From positions 191,270,001-191,334,000 of the forward strand of contig OZ024741.1 of NCBI GenBank assembly GCA_964016885.1: DNA of 64,000 bases, read 5' to 3'. This DNA comes from Eledone cirrhosa (Eukaryota). Shown in pieces: positions 1-12,109 of the stretch. The position numbers and the translations under genes are program-made. Numbering within the stretch: the stretch's first letter is position 1; each line of letters opens with the position of its first letter. Below the pieces are notes generated by a model. That model saw only the letters and a program-made list of their open reading frames with translations. It ran no database searches and was not told the DNA's origin.

Positions 1-741
1 CTTGGGTACACAAGAGATGTAGTGGGATAGCAGGCAAACTAACAGGTAGGGAAAACTACGTATGCAGTAGATGTACAGGGAAAGTTGACAGTAGTGATCG
101 CAGTGATAGACACATCTTTCAAATGCAGGTGGTCGATAGCTTCCGGTACCTAGGTGATCAGATTAGCATGGGAGGGGGGTATTCCGAGGCCATAGTATCT
201 AGAATAAGGACAGTTTGGAAGAAGTTTAGGGAGTTGCTTCCTCTGTTGACAAAGAAGGGTTTCTCCCTGCGAACGAAAGGCCAGTTATATGTGTGAGATG
301 CGTGATGCTGCATGGTAGTGAGACATGGGTAGCAACTACAGAGGATATGTGATGGCTGGAGGGAAATGAAGCAAGCATGCTCTGTTGGATGTGCAATGTC
401 AATGTGCGTGAATGACCAAGCATAGATGAGTTGAGAGAGAAACTGTGTATAAGAGGGATAAGTTGTGGTGTGCAGGAGAGAAGACTGAGATGGTATGGAC
501 ATGTGATGCGCATGGAGAATGACCGTTGGGTAAAGAAGTGCCAAGAAATCCCAGTAGAAGGAAGACACAGTGGAGGAAGACCATGAAAAACATGGGCGGA
601 GGTGATGAGAGCAGACCTCAGATCACTGAAGCTCACAGAGGAGATGACGAAGGACTGTGACAAGTGGAGAGATGCTGTGCTGAATAGGACCTGTCCCACC
701 CTTGCAATCAGGGAAAAGCAGATGTAAAATGATGATGATGA

Positions 742-745
<4 letters not shown>
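1..745 (+). mobile_element. RTE-clade LINE 3' fragment (PHD-RTE subfamily A), degenerate, with (GAT)n tail
   Basis: Encodes WVHKRCSG..., FRYLGDQIS, ERRLRWYGHVMRME with stops; ends cccacccttgcaatcagggaaaagcagatgtaaaat(gat)n followed by (TA)n. Confidence 0.85.
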
Positions 746-775
<30 letters not shown>

Positions 776-780
<5 letters not shown>

Positions 781-1085
781 TTGCAAGGTTTTTGATATGA
801 AATCGTGTGTCAAAACAAATATTGTTATACTTGGGGAGGGTCATATTATTGTAATATTGCCAGAAATAATAATAGAACACACTCACTGTTTGGTTTGGGT
901 TGGTTTTCGCTTCTGTATCTTTTATATCTCCATAGTTAATTTATTTGGCAATCAATGTTTATCATTGATTGACCAGCAGTTAAAAATACAGATATAAATA
1001 TATATATTTAGTCTATCAAAGTTCTTTCGTCGCACATCTGTGACATCATCAGTGGTACTATTATGTTTCCTCCCATTGTATTGTC
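776..1085 (-). mobile_element. Penelope-like pseudo-LTR (family 1) containing hammerhead motif
   Basis: Near-identical to 58935-59210, which lies just downstream of a GIY-YIG remnant, and to 39870-40180; contains CTGATGA...GAAA on the minus strand at 1010-1059. Confidence 0.65.
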
Positions 1086-1097
1086 TATGCCATTATT

Positions 1098-1479
1098 ATT
1101 ACTTGAAAAATATAATCAGGGTAGAGAGGGAAGTGCTCTCTTCCCAGCATTTTGTTGAAAGATGGGTGAGAGAAGCAAGAATGGCCTGAGTGAATGGGCC
1201 TACTCTGAGTATGTGTCTGTAAATTAAAGGTGGAAAACTGGGAGAGGGCACTTGCCCTGGTGGTCAGGGTCACTGTGGCCTTTTAATGGGCTTTCTCCAC
1301 AAATGTCCCTCGGAAGTCTCCCGCCTATTGGGGAATTTTTCATTGTTATTTTTTTGTTACATCCTCTGTTTTTGTTTTTTACACGCAGAAATGCCCATTT
1401 GTACCGTCCTGTAATGTCCTGTACTGTCCTTAATGTATACTTTATGTAAACCCTTGTGGTTAATAAAGAAATCATTATT

Positions 1480-1533
<54 letters not shown>
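1098..1533 (+). mobile_element. Tx1/L1-clade LINE 3' end with (ATT)n run
   Basis: Homologous to 5998-6372 and 9540-10290 (LK.KIRVEREVL.., 3'UTR ending cccttgtggttaataaagaaa), followed by a long (ATT)n run. Confidence 0.85.
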
Positions 1534-4500
1534 GGCGACTTACGTAGGAAAACGTTTTTATCGTGAGCTCCTAAAGGTTTGTTGTTTTCAGTTGTTTTGA
1601 ATTGCCAATTATGGAAAATGTTTGTTGTTAATTGTTCATAGATATTGATTTCTGAAAAGGTGACTCAATAATATTGGCACCTTGAACCCAAAATTTAAAC
1701 TTTATTTAAAAAAACAACAAAAATGACACGGACGGTATACGCCTCCCCCAAATCAAGCCAGCTGTCACGTGACAGCGGCTCTAAACATACACACTACTCC
1801 CACCACTACCACTGTGAACGTTGCTACAATTGCCAAAACCAATAACGTTTTCGCTAACAGCAACAGCAGCAATAGCAGTCGCCAAAGTTTGCCACGTGCA
1901 GACGTAGACTTCCCGCCTTTGCCAATGTCTACAGGTGTTAGAGCCGCCATCTCCACCGCCACAATGTCAAAGAGTACATCCAACACCACTCATATCACCA
2001 CCACAGCAACAACTAACAAAAAAATTATCTCGTGATAACAAAATGGACTCTCCTACAATGTCGACAGTCACATCGAATGCCACGGACACCACCACCACCA
2101 CCACAACAACAACAACTGAAACAAAAAAATAATAATAATAAAAATAACAATAACAACAACAACACCAACACAAAACCAAATGTGTCTTTGGCTAAAGTGG
2201 CGAACAAGATCGAAATGATTGAGGTAAGCCAGGATGAACTGAATGAGGCCAGGTGAATGGTGAAGTAAAATGGTTACAGGGTCAGCCTCACTCCTCCATC
2301 AAACACCATGCAGCATTGCCGACTATGTACTGTATCATACCGCACCATTAATATAAAAACGTGCCGAGTGGAACGGGCATTCAAGTCCCAGATCCAAAAA
2401 GCTTTGGGATGTATGGGTTCAAAAACCAACATCAGATATGGACCAAGATATGGAACCGTGGATGTGTTCTTTGAAACCCCACGGGAAGCCAGAGAGCACT
2501 CCATGGTTCCACTAAAGAGGGGTGAGTTCATACTCGTCCCAAGCTACTGTGGACAAAGGCTTGTGACAGTAAGGGTGGCCCAGGTTCCACCAGCCATTGA
2601 AATTCCATGGCTAGTGGCTGCCGTCCTCACTGACATTGAGGCCGACATAAAGGTGGTCGAGGTGAGTAAAATAGCAGCAACTGTAGCAGCAGTGGTAGCA
2701 AGACCAACACCATCAACGCCCACCACGCCAGAAGTAGCACCAGTGCCTCCACCATCAACCACGTCACAACCAACACCAATGCCTGTGGCGGACATTCCAC
2801 TCCCCGACTTCTCACAACTGGAGACACATTTTGATGAGGAGGAGGGGTGGAAAACTGTATCTGAGAAAAGAAGACCCCCCCCCCCAAAAAAAAACCCCTC
2901 TTCCTTCGCCTTCAAAAATTAAATAGAGGGCGAAACAAACAAACTAACAAGAAAGTTAAGACAGCTACGCCACCACCCACACCAGCATCACCAGCCCCAT
3001 CACCACAAACACCAACACCGTCACCATCATCAACCCCAACACCACCATCACCAACACCACAAAAAACACCAACAAGCAAAACAAACCCACTACAAACGCA
3101 AACAAAACAAAGCAACCAAACCGAAACACTACACAGCATTAAACTTGAACAATAAGCAATTATTACACTATATCCAACACAATACCAGCATCACAGAAAA
3201 ATACTATACAACACCCCAAAAATTAAAATCCCACAAGGACATCGGAGATTTCCGACAAAAACACTTTCCAGGAGGATATATAAAGACATCTTTCTGGAGG
3301 GGACCACAAGCAGTCAGAAGGAGGGAAAAACCATCCTTCCTTCACAAGAACTGAGGTAAGTGGTCTTCCCATCTTTTGCTACTCCTTTTCAACATGAGCT
3401 TACTCAGAATAGGCAGCATAAATGCACGTGGCCTGGAGTCATCATGGAAGTAGGGTCACCTGCTCAACGACCCCAGGTCAATGAACATAGATGTGGTGGC
3501 CATCAGCGAGACCAGAATTTCTGAGGCACATGCCTTCGCACTCATCTTTGGTGGTTACAATGTGTACGCATCTACAAGCCGACCGGGATCGGAAGGCGGA
3601 GTTGCTGTGTTGTTTCGGAGAGGCCTGGATCTCGTGCTATGGACCATCTTCCTAGACCCAGAAGGAAAATTGGTGTGGCTGGACATGACCAGCAGCAAAG
3701 GCTATGCTTTTAAGGCTAGTGGCTATTTATGCCCCGACAGGGGCTGGACGGCTTGATTTCTTCAGGCGACTGGAGACCTTCCTAGGAACCTCCCATTCTT
3801 TAATGTTAGTTGGCGATGGAACGGGATCTTGGATGCATGCTGGGATTGTGTGGGATTAGCAGATAATGGGAGGAGGGTGTAAAAGCCTCGCAAACCTGCT
3901 CAGACGTTTCCAACTATCTGACAGTTACTGACTGGATTTCCCGAATGTGCCAATATGGATATGGACAAGATCGTATCTAGATAGAGTATTTTGTAAGGAA
4001 ATAGATAGTTCTAGCATAGGTTGTCCACAATTCAAAATAGTCAACTACACAGACAACAAATTCGTCATGTGTGGTCAACTTAGATAGGCTTCATAGACAG
4101 GGACCCGGTTACTGGAAGCTAAATGCATTGTTGACAGCGCGCAAAGCCTAGAGACTGGATTAGCGAACTAGTTAAGCGGGCTTTGACGGGGGCAATTGTC
4201 AACAACAAATGGTGATTCACTCTGAAAATGGTGATTAGAACAGAGTCCATTAGATTTAGTAACACGTTAGCAATAGAGAAATATAGAGCAGAAGGAAATC
4301 TAGTTAAAAAATTAGACGAGAGGCTTAGTAAAGGCATCGTGGCTGACGTGCTTGCAGCGAAATTGGCCCTCGACCAATTCTTCAACACAAAGCACGAAGG
4401 CTGTGTTGTCAGAGCTAGGGTGCGTGCTTTCAGAAACAAGGGGACGAAAGCCGTTCGATGGGCCTGAGTGGCGGAGACGTGTCGTGGCAACAAAACCACG

Positions 4501-6372
4501 ATCCAGTCTTTGGAGGACCACGATGAGCGCATGTTACTCAAACCCAAGCAAATGTATGCGGCTTTTCAGCGGCACTTCGCTCAGCTGTTCGGGGGCAGCG
4601 GTGGGTCGGATCGCAGGATGGACTTTAGTGTCTACCTCGACGGACTGCTGTGGCTCTCGGCCACTGAGGCTGAGTGTTGTGAAAGGCCGATAACAGCCAC
4701 TGAAATATGGGTAGCAATGACTGATTGCACAATGGATGGTCTGCCCTATGAACTTTACGTACGCATGTCAGACTTGTTAGGCGACCTCTTGGCAGATGTC
4801 TACTGCAACTGGCAGCAGAACGGGAGAATTCCCAGCTCGTCCCTGTTGTATGTATTGACTCTGGAGCCATTACTGCACAAACTGGAGATGGTGAGGGGTA
4901 TCCCGTGCAAACTGGAATGCAGGAGAACCATGTCAGCATATGCCAACGACACACTGTAGTGGTGTCGAATGCTAAACACATCGAGGCTATCGGCACCACA
5001 CTAAGAGAATACAAGTTGGTGACAGGAGCAATGAGCCTGCAACTCAACACCTGGAGAGGCATGTCCATCCCGTCCAACAGCGTCGTCGGGCGCTGGACGG
5101 ATGGACCGGTTAAATTGCTAGGGGTCTGGTTTGGTCCGGACCTCCAGACTGGGAAGAGGTGACGAGCAGGGTGGCCTCTCCCACCCTAAATGGGCCGAGA
5201 GGAAGCTATCCTTGAAAGATCGAGCGGAGGTGGAAAACGCGTACATCGCATCCGTCATCTACTACCACCTGACCGTCGTGCCTTGTCCTAAGCCTTGCCT
5301 GACTGCGCTGGAGCGTTTGCTCTTTCACTTTTTGTGAAAGGGACGTGTGCTCCCCAGCTCATCTCCTTGATGGAGCTGCAGTCCTGGATTAAGCGAAGAC
5401 TGAGAAGGAGCGCTTGGAGACTGGAATGTCTTCAGGCGCTTACAGCCCTCGATCAGTCGGGCAATCCTATCGGTGTAAACTCCACCTTGGCGTTCTATAG
5501 AGGGTTAGTGGCGGGGAAGAGTGACAACGTCCTGGAGAAGACTCTGGGTGTCGACGAAAATCAACTAGCCAATCTCTTTGGGAGAACTTTCGGGCCAGGG
5601 CCCATGGACAACTTCCAGAAATCCCTGGCCTGGCAGTGCTACCGGGGAGCTTTGCCAGTTCAAGATAAACTCTACAGGCATGGAAGTGCCGTCAGCTGGG
5701 CCTGTCCAAGATGTGCGCAGGGCGACCGAAACCGTCCTGCATGCACTCGTTTAGTGTCCAAGCATTGCTGACTTGTGGGTTTATGTCGAACACCTGCTGT
5801 CATATGGAGGACGGATCCGGCTATCAGCTGAGTCCATTGAGAGGATTTCCCCGCAGCCTTCCTTTAACCGGGAAGGGCAGGCAGCTTTTATCTGCCTGGT
5901 GGCCATGGTAAAAGAGATCATATGGTGGACACGTCTGAAAGGGTTGAAGACGGGTACTTTCCTCTTCGGTGACACCCACATTAACTTTTTCAGGTTTCAC
6001 CTGAAAAGGAAAATTAGGGTGGAGAGGGAAGTGCTGCCTTCCAGCTAGTTTGTTGAAAGATGGGTGAGAGAGGCAAGAATGGCCCGTGTGACTGGGTCTG
6101 CCCTGAGCATGTGCCTGTAGCATCGTAGGAGGAAAACTGGAAGAGGACACTTGCCCTAGCGGTCAGGGTAACCGTAGCTTTTTTGTGGGATTTCTCCATG
6201 AGCGACCCTCAGAAGTCTCCCCCTATTACGGAATTTTTCATTGTTTCTTTTTTTGTTACATCCTCTGTTTTTGTTTTTTTACACGCAGAAATGGCCATTT
6301 GTACCGTCCTGTATTGTTCTGTGCTGTCCTTAATGTTATACTTTGTGTCAACCCTTGTGGTTAATAAAGAAA
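1534..6372 (+). mobile_element. Near full-length but degenerate Tx1/L1-clade LINE (ORF1, APE endonuclease, RT with internal deletions, zf-RVT-like C-terminus)
   Basis: ORF1 remnants 1724-3350 (T/P-rich, 2308-2922); endonuclease IGSINARGL...DVVAISETR from ~3395; GPGYWKLN; DGLPYE; SAYAND; FQKSLAWQCYRGALPV...CPRC; many stops and frameshifts, and ~470 bp of RT is missing at ~4835 relative to the next copy. Confidence 0.9.
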
Positions 6373-6374
6373 GC

Positions 6375-6497
6375 AAGTCTGAGTTCAAATCCCACCGAGG
6401 TTAACTTTGCCTTTCATCCTTACGGGGTCGATAAAATAAAGTACCAGTAATGCACTGGATAATTGCTGGCCTTGTGCCTAAAGTAGAAACAATTATT
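6375..6497 (+). mobile_element. tRNA-derived SINE (family N), 5'-truncated
   Basis: gagttcaaatcc B-box followed by gcctttcatccttacggggtcgataaaataaagtaccag, a core shared by more than 10 copies in the window. Confidence 0.8.
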
Positions 6498-6499
6498 GT

Positions 6500-6798
6500 T
6501 GTTGTTCTTTGAGTCTTAGTCATTGATGTTATTTAACTGGAAAGTTTGTTGAAATGAATATCAAGCCGCTACCTGCAGCCTCAGATATCGGAGGGTACTT
6601 GCTGTTCCCAGCAAGCATGCCTTTTGAAGTGTTCCAAAAAACGGGGCTGGACTAATCTTCTTTAACCATCCTTGGAAACTCCTTAAGATAGTACCTAGTG
6701 CTCCTATGACAATCGGGACGACCTTGATCTCAAATCCTTTTTAACTCCAACTTTAAATCCTGGTATCGGTTAATTTTCTCCCTCTCTTTTTCTTGCAC
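6500..6798 (-). mobile_element. R4/Dong-like (restriction-like endonuclease) non-LTR retrotransposon 3' remnant
   Basis: Minus strand reads VQEKEREKINRYQDLKLELKRI*...KVVPIVIGALGT...LQKACLLGTASTLR, the typical RLE C-terminus of R4-type elements; (AAC)n tail. Confidence 0.7.
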
Positions 6799-6803
6799 TG
6801 CCA

Positions 6804-9661
6804 ATGTGGACATGGACAAACCGCTTCGGGTCATCCAGATCGTATCTCGATAGGGTATTCTGCAGAGAACTAGATAAGGCTAGTATAAGTTGTCCACAAT
6901 TTAAAATAGTCGACTACACAGACCACAAATTTGTGATCTGTGAGATCGACATAGACAGACTTCATAGACAAGGACCCGGTTACTGGAAGCTGAACGCGTC
7001 TTTGCCGGCACGCAAAGCCTACAGGGACCGGATTAGCGTATTAGTTAAGCGGGCGTTGACGGGAGCGGTCGTCAACAACAGGTGGTGGTTCGCCCTGAAA
7101 AGGGCAATTAAAGTAGAGTCGATTATGTTTAGCAAAGGACTAGTGATAGAGGAAAATAGAGTAGAGGGAGAGCTAATCAGAAAGCTAGAAGAGGCGTTTA
7201 GGACAGGCATCGCAACCGACGTGCTTGCGGCGAGATTGGCACTCGACCAATTCTTCAACGCAAAACACGAAGGCTGCGTTGTCAGAGCTAGAGCACGTGC
7301 TCTGAAACACAAGGGAATAAAAGCCGTCCAATGGGCCCGGGTGGCAGAGGCGCGACATGGCAACAAAGCCACAATTCGGTCTTTATCTGACCAAAACGGG
7401 CGTGCGTTGCTCGAACCCGAGCAGATGTGTGAGGCTTTTCAGCAGCACTTTGCTGAACTGTTCAGGAGCAGCGGCGGGCAGGATTGGGGTATGGACTTCA
7501 GTGCATACCTCGACGGACTGTGTCGGTTCTCGACGACCACATCACAGTGTTGCGAAAAGCCAATAACAGCGGGTGAAATACGGGAAGCGATGGCTAACTG
7601 CACGAGGGGTAAATCGCCAGGTTTGGATGGTCTGCCCTACGAGCTTTATGCATTTATGCCAGACTTGTTCGGTGACCTCTTGGCAGATGTCTACTGCAAC
7701 TGGCAGCAGAACGGGAGCATTCCCAGTTTTGTGAGCCGGGGAGCGGTGGTGTTGCTGAGAAAAGACCCGAACAAGGGGGATGTTATCAATAACTTCAGGC
7801 CCATAACCCTGCTAAACGCAGAGTTCAAGATTTTGGCTAAGGTGTTAGCAACGACGATGGCGCTTGTTGTCGAGGGTCTAGTGGGAGAGGCGCAGAGATG
7901 CGCCATTCCGGACAGATCCATACACGACAACCTCCACCTCATGCGATATATCATAGAGAGGGCGGTTAAGGAATCTGGCACGGGTGGGGCCCTGATCAAC
8001 TTGGATCAATCTAAAGCATTCGATTGGGTCGACCATCAGTACCTGGCGGTGGTCCTCAAGGCAGCTGGTTTCGGGCCCGTTTTCAGGGGTTGGATCGCTG
8101 TAATGTTCAGCGACATCTGCTCAGTTGTGATGGTGAACAGTCACCTGTCGAAGCCATTCAGCATCATGCGCTCGGTCCGCCAGGGTAGTCCCCTCTCGTC
8201 CCTCTTGTACGTATTGGCTCTCGAGCCATTACTGCACAAACTGGGGGCGATGAGGGGCGTTCCACGTGAACTAGGATTCAGAAAATCCGAGTCGGCTTAC
8301 GCCGACGACATCACAGTGGTGGTGTCGAGCACTAGACACGTCCAGATGCTTGGCACCACTCTCAAGGAATACGAAGTGGTAACAGGAGCAAAGATAAACC
8401 AGGAAAAGTCGGTGGGCTTGAAGCTCGGCACCTGGAGAGGCAAGTCCATGCCGTCCGACAGCGTCGTGGGGCGTTGGACGGAAGGACCGATTAAATTGCT
8501 CGGGGTCTGGTTCGGACTGGACCTCCAGATGGAGAAAAACTGGAGTGAGGTGACGAGCAGGGTGGCCTCCCTCACCCAGAAATGGGCCGAGAGGAAGCTG
8601 TCCCTGAAAGGCCGGGCGGAGGTGGTGAATGCATACATCGCATCCGTCATCTGCTACCACCTAACCGTCGTCCCTTGCCCCGGCCCAACTCTCACCAAAA
8701 TGGAGCGCCTCCTCTTCCGCTTTTTGTACAAGGGACGCACTACCATAGTCAGACGATCCATCTGCTGTCAACACCCGTTGCGTGGACTGGGCATGCCATG
8801 GTTGATGATGCGCAAACATGCACTGAGGCTGCGACATCTCTGGTGTTTCCTTGACGGTGAACAGGTGTGGTCGCCGTTCGCCAGGCACATTTTCCCACAG
8901 CTCGTCTCCTTGACGGAGCTGCAGTCCTGGGTCAGGAAAAGACCGAGGGATAGCGCTTGGAAACTGGAATATTTCCAGGCGCTCACCGCCCTCTACCAGC
9001 TGGGCACCAGTATCGGTGGAACATCCACCTCAGAGTTCTATAGAGGACTAGTGGAGGGGAAGAGTGACGACGTTCTTGGAGAGATCTTGGTGTCGAAGAA
9101 GATCAGCTGTTTGCTCTCTTCTGGAGAACTTTCAGCCCAGGACCTATGGATAACTTCCAAAAATCCCTGGCCTGGCAGTGCTACCGGGGAGCATTGCCGG
9201 TTCGAGATAAGCTCTACAAGCACAGAAGTGCCGTCAGCCGAGCCTGTCCAAGATATGCGCAGAGCGACGAAACCATTGTGCATGCACTCGTTCAGTGCCC
9301 GAGAATTGCTGACTTGTGGAGCTATGTCGAACAGTTGTTGTCGCGTGTAGGACCGATCCGGTTATCGACTGAGTCCATTGTGCAGATGGTCTCGCCGTCT
9401 TCCTTCAAGGAGGAAGGGCAGGCGGTTTTCATCTGCCTGGTGGCCATGGCGAAAGAGATTGTGTGGTGGACAAGTTTGAAAGGGTTAAAGACAGACATTT
9501 TCCTCTTCGGCGAATCCCTGATTAACTTTTTCAAGTTTCACTTGAAGAGGAAAATCAGGGTGGAGAGGCAAGTGCTGCCTTCTACCAAGTTTGTTGAATG
9601 GTGGGTGAATGTAGCGAGAATGGTCCGAGTGAATGGGACCGTTCTGAATATATGCCTGTAG
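6804..9661 (+). pseudogene. Tx1-type ORF2 (end of endonuclease, reverse transcriptase, zf-RVT), one frameshift near 9085-9145
   Basis: 848-aa ORF with SYLDR/YTDH (end of APE), KSPGLDGLPYE, NFRPITLLN, LDQSKAFD, VRQGSPLS, AYADD; continues in ORF 9146-9661. Confidence 0.9.
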
Positions 9662-9851
9662 TTTGAGAAATGGAAAGATTGAGAGAGGGCGCTTGCCCCG
9701 GTGGTCAGGGTGGCCGTGGTCTTTTGTGTGGTTATCGCCACGAGTAACCCTCAGAGGTTTCCCCCCTATTGGGGAATTTTTCATTGTTTCAATTTTCATT
9801 TTTATTTTTATATATATATATGTTTCTATGTCTTTTTCTTTTTCTTTTCTT

Positions 9852-10175
9852 ATCATCATCATCATCATCATCATTTTACGTCCGCTTTTCCCTGCTTGCA
9901 AGGGTGGGACGGGTCTTATTCAGCACAGCATCTCTCCACTCGTCACGGTCCCTCGTCATCTCCACCGTGAGCTTCAATGATCTGAGGTCTGTTCTCACCA
10001 CCTCCGCCCATGTTTTTCGTGGTCTACCTCTACCACGTCTTCCTTCAACTGGCATTTCCTGGCACTTCTTCACCCATCGGTCATCCTCCATGCGCATCAC
10101 ATGTCCATACCACCTCAGTCTCCTCTCCCGTACACTACATTCTATCCCTCTCAGACACAGTTTCTCTCTCAACAC
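9852..10175 (-). mobile_element. PHD-RTE subfamily A 3' fragment nested in Tx1 3'UTR
   Basis: ERRLRWYGHVMRMEDDRWVKKC...GRPRKTW in ORF 9876-10340(-); (GAT)n tail. Confidence 0.88.
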
Positions 10176-10290
10176 ATTTATATAAATAATAAAAATCTTT
10201 ACATGAACAAAACCCACATCGTACCATCCTGTACCGTCTGTAATGTTTTTCTTGATGTCAGCCCTTGTGGCCAATAAAGAAATCATTATT

Positions 10291-10490
10291 CGGTGGATTG
10301 GCAGTATCAGTAGAGAGTCGGACGCCATGCTTTCCAGCATAGTTACGTCCCTTTACGGTCTGAGTTCAAATCCCGCCGAGGTTAACTTTGCCTTTCATCC
10401 TTACGGGGTCGATAAAATAAAGTACCAGTAATGTATTGGGTAATTGCTGGCCTTGTGCCAAAAGTAGAAACAATTATTATCATTATTATT
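10291..10490 (+). mobile_element. tRNA-derived SINE (family N), full length
   Basis: A-box-like tggcagtatcagt, B-box gagttcaaatcc, conserved core, (ATT)n tail; an older copy follows at ~10515-10650. Confidence 0.85.
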
Positions 10491-11479
10491 TTGACAGGAG
10501 GAATCAGATAATTCAGTGAATTGGCAGAGTTGTTAGAATGTCAGATAGATTACTTTGCAGTATTCTTTCCAGCTCTTTGCACTCTCAGTTCAGATCCTGC
10601 TGAGGTCATCTTTGCTTGTAATCATTCAAAGGTCAATAAATCGGGTACCAGTCTCTCTTTTACTTTCCCCCTTTCACTGGAATAAATCAGTTGATTTTAG
10701 ACCAGGAGAGTAATGCTACCAATATATTGTATATCATGATGGTGCCGTTTGACGACTCCATCAGGAGTACAGGGCCTATGGATGGAGGGATGACAAGTAT
10801 ATTGTTTTAATCTTTCCTCCTCCTATCAGGCAAAATAGACTTTTATTTTATTTTTTTAAATTATTCTTCACTCCCACTAGCTGCTATCCTTACCCCTACT
10901 CCATCCAAGACCCCTTCTTGTTATTCATTCCTTAGTTGCTGCCTGCCCATTTCCTAAAAAGAAAAAAAACTCCAGATACTGTTAGAACACTTGCAAAAGA
11001 AAGGGTTTGGAGGACCCACCAGCCATATCAAGAAAATGACCTAGTGTTCATGATTTACATTATAAACACATCCAGTGTATGCTATAAGGAGGTTGGTGAT
11101 AGGAAGGGAATCAAGCCATAGAAAGCCTGCCAAACAAAGTGTTGCGAGGTCCCTTCAATTATGTCATGACAACCTCTTGTGCACTTAACAGAACGTAAGA
11201 CAGTACATAAGTAAGATGCAGACCCCTGGCCTGTCTGGGAGATCATTATTCCTGCTTCAGTACTGACTTGGTCGATGTAGACCCATCCAACCCTTGATAG
11301 CAGGAAAATCAATTGTTAAACAATGATGATGATGAGGATTGGATAAGAGGCAGACTAATAGGAAGGGAAGACTTTGTATGTAAATGATACACAGGGGTAA
11401 TTGAAGGGAAGAGTGTCAGTAATATAACACTTTTCCAATCACATAGATCCATAGAAGTGGTTGATATATATATATATAT

Positions 11480-12108
11480 ATATCAAAATAAATTAACAGT
11501 CATAAACTCACCTTTCTTAGTTTATAGATTCCACTGGTAGTTTTCCTTGTACATTGATAAACACACACTCTCTCTCCTGTGTTATCTTTTCTATATATTA
11601 TATTTATTTGAGCTCATAATTTACAGGGAGTTTATGACTGTTAATTTATTTTGATATATTGCTCCTAATAACAGTCTTTTCTCTCTCCGTTTAGTTGAGT
11701 ACAGTTATTTGAGTGGTTTGGCACTGCAATTTCTAGCAGCTCATTCCACCCAGGCCACTAGTTTATTGTCCCATGCACACATTTCCTTCTCTCTACCACG
11801 TGTTTCAAGGTAGTTATCTTAAGTTTTTCTTAGTGTCCTCTGGAATGTATCCACTTACCACACGCTGATGAACCTGAGTGTGTTCATTCCATTCACTAAT
11901 CTTTTGGCGTATCAAATCTCTTTGGGTTTGTACGCGTGTGATATATAGTTATAAAGGTGGGTAAATTCATTCTGATTTATATTTTTAATTATTATGCGTC
12001 TACCTCACCTTTCGTAGTTTATAGATTCCATACTCTGGTGGTTTTCCCTGTACATTGATAAACACACACTCTCTCTCATGTGTTATCTTTTCTATATATT
12101 ATATATAT
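11480..12108. repeat. Element with ~100-bp direct repeats and a 30-bp inverted repeat (possible Penelope pLTR remnant)
   Basis: 11507-11605 matches 12004-12105; 11480-11509 is the reverse complement of 11628-11657. Confidence 0.55.
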
Positions 12109-12109
12109 A

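Larger units (their letters stand above)
6799..10290 (+). mobile_element. 5'-truncated Tx1/L1-clade LINE, relatively young; 3'UTR interrupted by an RTE fragment
   Basis: High similarity to 3945-6372; 3'UTR resumes at ~10190 and ends cccttgtggccaataaagaaatcattatt. Confidence 0.92.

Noticed and set aside
10291-10380. tRNA gene
   Set aside because: A/B boxes are present but there is no cloverleaf; multi-copy SINE head
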